Assembly: GCF_006345805.1 (NCBI RefSeq)
Contig: NC_043001.1
Location: 48,484,001-48,548,000 of the forward strand
Direction: 5' to 3'
Length of the DNA stretch: 64,000 nucleotides
Origin: Octopus sinensis
Lineage: Eukaryota
Shown: positions 50,655 to 64,000 of the stretch, in pieces
Position numbering within the stretch: the first letter of the stretch is position 1
How the letters are laid out: each line of letters starts with the position of its first letter
The notes under the pieces: model-generated
What the model was told of the DNA's origin: nothing
The model's input: the letters and a program-made list of their open reading frames with translations, nothing else
Database searches by the model: none
Position numbers and translations under genes: made by a program

Positions 50655-50808
50655 TTTGTTTCAGTCATTTGACAGCGGCCATACTGCAGCACCGCCTTTA
50701 GTTGAACAATTCGACCCTAGGACTTATTCTTTGTAAGCCTAGTACTTATTATATCGGTCTCTTTTGTCGAACCGCTAAGTTACGGGGACGTAAACACACC
50801 AGCATCGT
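50655..50808 (-). mobile_element. SINE family B 3' part
   Basis: Reverse match to tail. Confidence 0.8.
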
Positions 50809-51139
50809 CTTTTGATTTTTGACCTGTAGCTGAGGCCCTTAATTGATACTTTCATCTAGAGCCAGAGTTCCAATGCAGACCTGGAATAGTGGATGACAAA
50901 GGAGTAACCTCATTCTTTCAAAAACTCCTAAGTTCCCGAGCTGAAGCCTCGCCACCAATTGCAGTTTAATGTCTTGCTGCAGAAGAGGGTTATCTATGCT
51001 AAACTTACTATAGAGTTGTATTTTCTTTTATTTATGCGCCCTTTTCAAGCCTACCCAGGCTCATCGGCCCGATTTCCCGATTTCTGTGGATTATGTGTTC
51101 CCCCCAGCTGGACGGGACGCCAGGCCATCGCAGCGTTAC

Positions 51140-51262
51140 TCAAGAAACAGGAAGATAGAGTGAGAGAAAGTTGGAGCGAAAGAGTACAACAGGGGTCGCC
51201 ACCATCCCCTGCCGGAGACGCGTGGAGCTTTAGGTGTTTTTGCTCAATAAACACACACACCG
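51140..51262 (-). mobile_element. Body fragment of the SINE family at 11128-11438
   Basis: GAAAGTTG..GCGAAAGAGTACA..CGCCACCA..CCCTGCCGGAG..CTCAATAAACAC shared. Confidence 0.75.
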
Positions 51263-51324
51263 TCCGTGATCTCAGATACATGAAGTTAGTAACACATATG
51301 AAAATTACACTCTTTGATGATATA

Positions 51325-51484
51325 TTAGGCGCAGTCCCAGGAATTTTTCGAAGGGAGGGCACAAGGTCAGAAGGGAATAAAATTCCAGGAGAAAAGGTGT
51401 AATAACATTATTTAGAAGGGCGCACTCCTTTTCTTGAGGGGGGGGGGGCTCGTGCTCCTCATCCCCTCCTTGGGTCCGACCCTG
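51325..51484. mobile_element. Possible short MITE (CAGGG.CGGA.CCA-type ends)
   Basis: Imperfect TIR TAGGCGCAGTCCCAGGA vs reverse CAGGGTCGGACCCAAGGA. Confidence 0.4.
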
Positions 51485-51649
51485 TATATGTATTGAAAAC
51501 CATATACTCACTCTTAGCCTCACTGACGTGTAGCGCATCACATTTGCAGCTTCTTTAACCCGTACTATTAGCAGTAAGAATTACTTTATCTGTATAATCG
51601 AGCGTAATTATACACCGGTTATACAATACTGTTGTACGTTGGCGTCTAC

Positions 51650-51945
51650 ATTTTGGAGGACATATTTGGAAACTTGTTCCTGCTACATCTGATGTAATTA
51701 GTAATAAGTAATCTAAGGCTATAATGAACAGCAAAGGTGCAAGAGTATCACCTTGTAGTACTTCCTATCAGGAACTCAGACGAATCTGTATCACCATCAG
51801 ATAATAGCTGAGCGTCAGTATTTTTGTAGAGAATGTTGATAGTAATTTTTACTGGTGTCATGGATAACGTAACGCCCAGAGAATCTGCATAATTTTTTTA
51901 CGGTGGACTGAGTCGAAAGATTTGCTAAAGTTTACGAATGTTGTG
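51650..51945 (-). mobile_element. RTEX/RTE-like RT fragment
   Basis: FVNFSKSFDSVHR..QGDTLAPLLFIIALDY. Confidence 0.8.
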
Positions 51946-52259
51946 ACAGATTTTAGGTTTTGCTATTTGCTCTCTTCAATAAGCCTCTATATTGCAAGAT
52001 TTCATTTATGCTAATGCTGATCCTTCTGAAAGATATATATATATATATATATATCGCTAAAATCAATCTACGTGTGTGTGTGTGTCTGTGTACAATTTCA
52101 GTTGATCTAGTTCTTTCTTACTTTAGAGTTTTCCTGACGTCTAACTGGTTAGATGTTTGTTGGTTAATCGGTTAATAGTGAACTGGATCGACTAAGATAC
52201 ATTATTACTCTGCACTATCAGATCGAATACTTCTCATCCGTTCCTTTATATTAATATAT

Positions 52260-52775
52260 ATATCACTTTGATCACTTTGACCAACCAGTCCGTCAGGCGT
52301 CCATTTGACACCGCTGGTCACAGCACGCTGTCCACTCCTCTCTGGATCGCGCCTTTCTCATCCACGTGATCCCAATCGTCCTCCTGAAATCGTAATTCCC
52401 CGTCGCGGATGTCTCCCGGGTGGTCTTTTCCGCTCACGCGGGTACCACTCGACAACTGCGTGCGTCCCGATTATCGGTGAGCCGGGCGACGTGTCCAGCC
52501 CATCTATACTTGTTCAATGGCATAAGGGATGTGCTCAAGGGAAGGTTGGACAGGACCACCCGCGCCAACCTCATTAACAGTGCAGTTCTGCCTGCAATGT
52601 TATATGGTAGTGAAACATGGGCTACCACAAAGAGAGAAGAGCAAAGACTGGTAACGGCTCAAAGTGCCAAGGAAAGGTCAATGCTTGGTACCTCGTTGAG
52701 AGAGCACATAAATAGCAAGATCATCAGAAAGAAGTCCGGCGTGAGAGATGTCATCGCAGAGTATACACGCAGCAA
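52260..52775 (-). mobile_element. RTE LINE 3' fragment with 5' inversion
   Basis: Plus 52511-52775: VLPAMLYGSETW..SGVRDVIAEYTRSK; minus 52510-52260: KYRWAGHVAR.. to (GTGATCAAA) tail. Confidence 0.92.
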
Positions 52776-52790
52776 GTATATATATATATA

Positions 52791-53187
52791 TTGGCTGTGT
52801 GGTAAGTAGCTTGTCTACCAACCACATGGTTCCGGGTTCAGTCCCACTGCGTGGCACCTTGGGCAAGTGTCTTCTACTATAGCCTCGGGCCGACCAAAGC
52901 CTTGTGAGTGGATTTGGTAGACGGAAACTGAAAGAAGCACGTCGTATATATGTATGTATATATATATATATATATATGCGTGTGTGTGTTTGTGTGTCTG
53001 TGTTTGTCACCCTAGCATTGCTTGACAACCGATGCTGGTGTGTTTATGTACCCGTTACTTAGCGGTTCGGCAAAAGAGACCGATAGAATAAGTACTGGGC
53101 TTACAAAAGAATAAGTCTCGGGTTCGAGTTGCTCGATTAAAAGCGGTGCTCCAGTCAAATGACTGAAACAAGTAAAAGAGTAAAAGA
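52791..53187 (+). mobile_element. SINE family B
   Basis: Match to family. Confidence 0.9.
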
Positions 53188-53189
53188 TA

Positions 53190-55525
<2,336 letters not shown>

Positions 55526-55597
55526 ATATAAATAAAAAGAAATTATCTTTTTATCTTTTCTCTTATGTGTAACTTTAGACTTTCAAATAGCATTTGA

Positions 55598-55638
<41 letters not shown>

Positions 55639-56128
55639 GGGTGAGGGTGGGAAAGCGATCCTCCGGATAACTAAAACAATATTGCTCAACCTTTCCATTG
55701 CGTTGAAAGAAACAGTATAAAGATGAAGGAAATAGAGGAGAGAAAGAAAAGGAAAAAGAATGAAGCAGAGAAGGAAGGAAGGGAGGAACGAAGAAAAACT
55801 ATATGTAAAAAAAAAAGATAAACAGAGTAACGAACAATAAGAGATACGTGTTGAAGCAATCGGTTGAGAATTGAAAATTTATTTTTACACTTTATATTCA
55901 GTTACAATAATGCGATTGTATAAATGTGGATTTGTAGCGTGCTGTAATTATGCTATGTATTATCTACGATCGTGTATGTAATATATATAGGAGTTCCACA
56001 CTTACTCCCTCCCTCTCTCCTTCACTCTGTGGGATGCTAGCTGGCTGCTTTGTCGGTTTATCAAACACTTGTTGACTACAGTTCGTGTACACGATACACA
56101 CACACACACATACACACACACACACAAT

Positions 56129-56174
<46 letters not shown>

Positions 56175-56644
56175 GTGAATAAAGTTAAGTTTCTTCACAG
56201 TTTTTCGTTTCCTGTTTTTATATATTTTTTTTCTTTTCTCTTACTTTGAAAGTTGCTAGCACGGAAAGGAGAGAGGGTGGCAGATGATAGAGACGGAAGA
56301 ATAAAGAAGAAAAAAAATTGTTTTAAATTTGTTCCTTTCTTTAATAATTCTTGTTGTTGTTGTTGTTGTTGTTGTTGTTGGTGGTGGTGGTGTCATCTTC
56401 CCCTCTAAGAAATAAAAAAAAAAACTTTAAAAATTATTTATGCAAGTTTGAGTAGAAATTTATAGGGGGCAAACTGGCAGAAGACAAATGTTAATAAACA
56501 TTTGTTATTGCTACAGTGAGCTTGGTTTTTCTTTCTCTCTCTTAGCCGTATGGAATTTATTTCTATCGACAAAACGACGCAGTGATTAAAACTAACTCTA
56601 CACACAGGCTTACACTGTCTATCAATATTTCACTTTCACTGTCT

Positions 56645-56678
<34 letters not shown>

Positions 56679-57441
56679 TTGATATTCAGACTTTCTGTCC
56701 CTCTCGCACATGCTCTGTATTTCTCTCTCTCTCTTTCTCTCTCTCTCGAACACACATACTATCTCTTTCTCACTCCCATACATTGCCACTTACCGATTTC
56801 TCTCTCTCTTTCACACACATAACACGAACTCACCATACTATACAGACTTTTACACACAACATATAGAAACCAAAGGGAAACATAATGCGGTCTGCGACGG
56901 AGTAAAAGCAACAAGAAGCAATGAGTTCTCCCTGTGTGTGTACTTAAAATGGCTGACTTAACGGAGAAATGTTAATTTTGAGAAACAGGTAGGCATCTTT
57001 ATTTTTGCCGCTCTCTGTGTTGATGTCATATGTTGTTAATGGCCGGGTAGGTGTGTCTGTGTATAATATCTGCGTTTATCTGTCTATGCGTGTGTGTGTG
57101 TTGAGTATGTGTTTTCCTCTGTGTTAATAGTGCATTTGATATATTATCTAAACGTCATTGTTGATTGTTAGCGACGAATGAATGAGTGAATGAATGGAAG
57201 AATAAAAAAAAAAAAAAAATAGAGGAAGTTGGTACATCCCGAATCTTGACGACCACGACAACGTAAACACACATAAACACGGCAACACTATCTCACCCGT
57301 TGCACTCTGACAGCTCGACACCCCACCCCCCTCTGCTCAACACATTTTTTTTTCTTGAATATCGTGGATTTGAACTGCGGTTATTGAAAATCATGTTATG
57401 TCGAGCCAGTTCACACACGCACACATATATGCATATGTGTG

Positions 57442-57474
<33 letters not shown>

Positions 57475-59642
57475 AAATATGCATATAGACATACGTACAC
57501 TGGCAGAATATGAGCTAAGTTTGCTATTCCGTGTATTTTTAACAGGGAATTAAAATAAAACTATGTCAGCAAAGGGATAGACAGCTAATATAATGTACGG
57601 TCCTCAAATTACTGACATTAAAATAGTTGAAAAGCGTTTTGTTTATAATTATATATGTATTCCCAAAGCACCAATTAGTTATGTGAAAAGTGTATATTCA
57701 TTCGTTGACGTGGTTTTTAATTTCCTCAGTCAAAATATACGATTAACCTATTATTTAAACGTTTCTTCCTTTATTTCTTCTTTTCATCATACATCGAACA
57801 ACGTTGCTTTTGTTTATTAATTGTCGTCGTCATCATCATCGTTGTTCGTCGTCTTCCGTGTTTTATCCTTGTCATCTTTTTTATTTTTATATTGTATGCA
57901 TCTATTTTTTCTCTAATACGTAACCACCTCCGTTTTTGTTTATATAAAGTCTACTCTGAATACTTGTAACTTTACCACTTTATCAGACACTTCATAAAAC
58001 AACTTAATGGCCGAAGAAGACTAGCGTAATAGACACACCACACCACACATACATACACCCTTGCGGGTGCTGTGTACACACCTACATTTTTATAATCGAC
58101 TTCAGCTAATATATATACTTACATATATAGATAGCAATTATATGTATTGTGTATACACAACCATAGACTCGAAGGCGCATGCACACATTACAGGCAAACA
58201 TGGTTATTCTCATAAAGTACATAGAAACATTACATACTATTCACTTACTAGAATGAAATAGCAACAGCTGATAAACTGAACACTTAAACCATGTGCTTGT
58301 TTATACATCTATAACACTCTCCCTCCTTCAAGAATATAGTTTATATATATGTATACACACATACACACGTGCATGTATTTCTTCCCCTGTATTTAAGTTT
58401 TTCCTCTACGTTTCTCTTTTCTTCGTTCTCTCTGTATACTAGTGTGTGCGAGTGCGAGTTTCTCTCTCTCTCTTTCTACGTAGCTTCCTGTGTCCGAATA
58501 TCGGTAACGTAAAACTCGGAGTAACGCTTTGTGAAGTTTCCAGCCTTTATTATACATACATATATATATAATTTGTATTCATGTCTGTATAGAGCGAATG
58601 GTATGTGGAAAAAAACAACAAAAAACTTCAGAACATAAACTGTTCTTGTTCGGATCTTTTTCATCCGGAACCATAGTGACCAGTTTCGATTTGGATACGA
58701 GGATTTGTTAATCGTTTAATTGGCTTAAATATTTATAACTCACCAATGAAGATATTTTCATTTCTTTTTGTATTGTTTTTGTAGTAATTTTTTTAGTTTT
58801 TTCTTATGGGATATTTTATCAATTTATTTTTTTAAAAGCCAAAATGGGTTAGTGCTAAGTTTTGGCTACGAAAGCTTAAAATATAGCATTATTGAAGTAT
58901 TAAAAAAAATTTCTGTTTTTTTTTTTTTTTAATAACACTTATTTTGGTACGGAAAAGTATTTCCAATCATTCGAATTCATTAAAAATAAAATTAAAAATA
59001 GCTGGAACCTGTTATTTTTTCACCCCCGTTGGATGGAGAATTATTACGCAACAGTTGGTAATAATTTTATTACGAAAACATTTTTAATACGGAAAAGAAA
59101 AAAAATTCTCAATCATTCGGGTTTGTAAAACATCTTGTAGGTAGGTAAACCTCTTGACGTTTTATTACAAAAACTTAAACTCTTAATTTTTTTTTGTTGT
59201 TGTTATCGTTTGTATATATGAAATAATTTAAAATTTCTCGCGCGATTGTATTTCCAATGGATATTATAACACCTAACCATGAAATAAATAACGAAGAAAG
59301 TGAATGAATCAAATTGTATGTATGTATGTATGAATGAATGAACGAATGAATGAATGAATGTCAGGAAGTTATTACCAATTACGAAATACTTAATTTCGGT
59401 GTTTTTTTTTAGTTTTTTTTCTTTTGTTTTCATGTGACAGTAAATGAAAAATATTGCTATTTCAAATTTTCCAAGTAATTTTTTAAAGTTTGACCTAAGA
59501 GAAAGTACAAGAGACTTTTTATACGTATATGAGTCATTCTCTAAGTATATTCTTTATAAAAAGCTCGAAAAATATTTACCGGTATCTTTACCACGACCAC
59601 AACCACCATTTTTGTAATTATTATTATTATTATTGTTTTTGT

Positions 59643-59850
59643 TAAGGTGGTGAGCTTAGCAGAATCGTTAGCGCACTGGGCAAAAATTGCATAATAGCGT
59701 TTTGTCCGTCTTTACTTTCTGAGTTCAATTTCTGCCGAGGTCAACTTTGCCTTCCATCCCTTTCGGGGTCGATAAAATAAGTACCAGTCGAGAACCAGAG
59801 TTGATGTAATCGACTAGTCACCTACCCCAAAATTCTGTCTATAGTAGAAA
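59643..59850 (+). mobile_element. SINE family A
   Basis: Match to family. Confidence 0.8.
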
Positions 59851-60971
59851 AGATTTTTATTATTGTGATTGTATTTACAAACTATATTTAATTATTTTTA
59901 TGCTTTCAAACCCAAACAAACTTCTGTAGTTAACCATTGCTTTTTGCTTCTTAATATGTGCATGTGCTCTTGTTATTGTTGTATGTTCAAGGTTGGTCAG
60001 TCATCTTGCAGATTTATAATTAAAAAAAGGCTCTTCAACCGTAATCATTCCGTCTGTATATTTTTTTAGACATAATCTTTCTTAGGACTTCATTATCAAA
60101 CGTCTTTTTTTTTTTCAAGACGGTATGATATAAATTTGAGACTAACCTCCTAATTCTTATGTTGAGTGACTTGTGTTCTTATGCGTATTTAAAATTGTGG
60201 ATGAATCAGATTGCTATTGTATTAGATAAATTGATAGAACACCATGTCCACCCACAGTCCCACAGGTATGCGTGTGTGGCGGGAAACGACATTAACTTGA
60301 CAATATGGTCCCTCTTTTCCGTTTGTTTATTTTTCATTATTTTTCTTGTTCCTACTTTTAAACGAGCCCCCCTCAATCAAAACCTTAAATTGAAAATTTC
60401 ACTTTTCACTTAGTCCCGAAAGATAACTGGTCCTTTGTTTATTTTTATTTTCCTTGAAAATATTTTGAACGAGAAACAGTTTTAAAAATGAGTAAATAAA
60501 AATTTAGGATTACGTTTCAATTTGCACTTTTTATTTATTATTTTCTTTTTAATATAATAACCACTGATTCCGGTGGTCTTTCTCTATTTCCTCACTTCTC
60601 TTTCATTTTTATGTCTTTCCTCAAAAACCACGAGCTTCCTGTGAATATGCATATTTCTATATGCGTCAATACGTTTAACGGAGTCAATAACTCATAAATA
60701 TATTTGAAACACATATCGAGATGCGTTACTACACCTACACACGAAAATATATATTTAAGTGTTATCCTCACCAATTCACCATGATAGATATGAAGACTAG
60801 ATAGATAGACAAGTGGGTAAGAGAGCTTACATAATGGACAGATAGCCTGATGAGCACACAATATCATCAAACTATAATATAATGTACAAGCTAACAGCAA
60901 ACAGACATAAATGGACAGACGGGTTTCTGCAGACAGATAGGCAGTCATGGGTATGTTGAGACAGTCGTGTA

Positions 60972-61007
<36 letters not shown>

Positions 61008-64000
61008 CATACATATACTGTGTGTATGTAGTTGATGGGCAAGCTCGGGTAGAAGGACAGATATATACGATCTAAAAAAAGGAAAAGTCGACGCAACCCA
61101 TCAACAAAAATATGTGCTAACGAAGTAGCCTCTACACAGTAGCTTACTTTGCTAGAAATAGCAGTCAAATTTTCAAATCACGCCCTGCAGTCTTAAAAAC
61201 AAAACATGCATTAGATATGTACTCTTCTTTCCACTGCCTTGAAAATGACATGATAGTCATGGCTGGAACGCTTATGATCACGTGTCTTCAGGGCTGACCT
61301 GGGACTAAACAATTGATAGAGTACTTTTAACGTATGCACTCTAGCTATATAATTGATATGACTTAATTTATCCACATACGATGCAATTATAATAATGATT
61401 TCTAGTAGTAGTGGCACAATGCCAGAAATGTATAGGAGGCGGGGTATAGAGGATTAAATCTACCCTGGCTATATTACAAGTACTTTGGACGAGCAAATGA
61501 TCTATTTATTACGTTGTCATTAATCTGCTACGAAACATGAATCTTCCTCAAACAACACGCTTATCATCTTTAAATGGAAAAAACCCCCAGAAGGGTGCAA
61601 TGGATAATATATGGGTCCTACGATGTATGTTTAGCTGGAACACTTTTTATCATAGATTTAGCTCGATAGGGCTAACTTAAAGCTAATAAAACAGAAGTAC
61701 TTGAATCACACCAGGTTAGAATGAAACTGGAAAACAGTATCGGACGATGAAATAAATTTTAAACAACAGTTTTGTCACTGGGTGTGTATGTATGTATGCT
61801 AACGGTGAACGAGCTAGGAAAACACGAAATATTTTGCAGAAGAAAAAAAATGAAAAGTCGCAATTTTGGCAGAGAACAACTCCCCTTTCATTTAAAATAT
61901 TTTAATATTTTAAAGTTACTAACTTGTACACAATTAATAAAGAATTTATATCATGGTATTGCGCAAATGTAAAAGGAAACGAAAACCCACTTTATTCGGT
62001 CGCAATCAATGAAACAAAACATAAACGACTTTTTTTTTCCTGTGACTTTTTCTGTCATGTTTTTTTTTCCTAACTTCTGTTTTTCGTGATTATTTTCCTT
62101 GGATTTTATTTTTTCGTGTGTCTTCTTGGATTCCTGCTTGGGTGTTATCCGATAGCCGAACATTATTCATATTAATTAATGGATTACTATTTGTCAAATT
62201 CTATTAGAGTACATGATGTACTCATTTATTTTCTACCTACGCGTAATCGGACATAGCTATTTTATTTAACACGTACGTTCGCATATACACGTGCGCGCGC
62301 TCGTACACACATGCTTATAAACATAACGAGTCAGTCAGAGGTTGCTAGCAATGGAACTTAATACGTGGTCTGTCGATCTTCTTTTGAAATAGCAGTTGTA
62401 TTACAGAAAGTAATATGTATTCAATATTGAAAGAAAAAGCATCGTGTATTGTTTCAGTTTCAAATTCTGTCAAAAACTAAATATGGAATTTACAAATATA
62501 GACAAAATATAATTTATACAAGTGCAAACCAAACATATTTGTACAATTTATGTATAGGTCCGTCGCTATCCGTTTAATTGACAACATTGAGAACGTCGTT
62601 ACTTAGAAAACCATAAAGTCACTTTCACAAATCTTGGAATGTTCTCTTCATTTTTTTTTTTTTTTTAAGGGTGAAAATGTGGCGGGCGTGTTTCGAAATA
62701 GGCGCCCATCTCCCATATCTAATGAAAAAGAAAAAGGATTATAAAAGGGTGGGTGGGTATTAAGTAACAAATTAAAAATTTGAGAAAAACTTTTTTTTCT
62801 TGTAGGATTGTAAATTCTAAGAAATAAAAAATTAAAAAAACGTTACCCTTTTCCCGAATTCCGTAGAAAATGTGATTCCACCTACTAAATATGCACATGT
62901 ATACATATATACATGTGTATAAAACACATACACTTATTGTGCAGAAGCACTGAGAAAGAACGAGTACCATAACTTTATTTACGTTATAGCTTAGATTAAG
63001 TACTACATCAAAGCTTTTCTTACGGAATACCCATTTAATCAGTTGAATATTTTTGCACGGGTATTAACCGAGCCGAAATATCAACCAAATTTCCCCTTCC
63101 CACACATATAATATACTCTAACCATCCTAAAAAAAAAAAAGAAACTGACACGTTAGATAATGTAAACATAAAAAAGACAGCGAGATAGACGGCTGGAAAG
63201 CTGCTGAACAAACGTCTGTCAGATCATGATTGGCCTTGGGTTAAACGACAAACACCCACAGCGACAGCAAATACGGATAGAATGAAATGCACGAGCCAAC
63301 GAGCAAGCCTCTTAATCTACCAGAAATAACAGCCAGATCCTACCTTAGAAGTATACCACATGACTACGTCATATTTTGTGTATTCTCAAAAACATCGGAT
63401 CGCCAAGACGGAGGGTGGATAGCGGCTAAACAACAGTGGTGAATAAATATACACTCTCGCACGTCCATCCACTGTACATACACACCTGTAGCATATAGCT
63501 TTCAACACATGCAGCCTCTTGTGTACTATAAACGACGTTGTAAACAGACGCAACTCGTATATACATACCTTAAATATATGCAATACATGGACATTCCACG
63601 CATACATACGTATATGCATATATTTATATACAGACATATATGTCTGTGTATGTATGGATATGAATATAAACATACATAGCTAATTGTATTTATGCATATA
63701 TATATATATATATATTATATATATGCACGTAGTTGTATATATGCATGTACATGCACGTGTGTGCGCACACGCGTGTATACATAGAGTAAACATGGTGTGT
63801 GCGGACACAGCTATAACGCATACATACACAGACAACATACGTAAATTATCAACGATGGAACCATGACAGCAAAATCAGTTTGTTAGTGACTATTGTAATA
63901 GCGCAAATCTACTGTTATTGCTGTTGTTGCAAAGGCTAGTCACGAGACTATTGCGAATCAAAACTATTTAGGTTCGATCCTTAATGAAGGTCGACAGAAA

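Overview
AT-rich eukaryotic DNA saturated with microsatellites and transposon remnants. The SINE families and (TA)n/(CATA)n/(TAGA)n load point to an octopod cephalopod (my recognition; no database search was run). No intact protein-coding gene is supported, and most listed ORFs are microsatellite translation artefacts. Recognisable content: a decayed Penelope-like element (RT plus GIY-YIG), fragments of RTE, RTEX, R4/Dong-like, CR1 and I/Jockey-like LINEs, two decayed mariner transposons, a hAT transposase fossil, several MITE/foldback palindromes, about 35 SINE copies from at least four families, a tRNA-Gly pseudogene and a 1.1 kb near-identical tandem duplication. Most interesting are several minimal type I hammerhead ribozyme motifs. 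One lies in a tRNA-headed SINE-like element with a Penelope-style inverted partner copy. Also notable are a GGATC-ended foldback family with telomere-like hexamers and flanking duplications of 7 bp versus 35 bp, and a possible decayed HDV-like ribozyme at an RTE-like 5' end. Many SINE and fragment boundaries are approximate.
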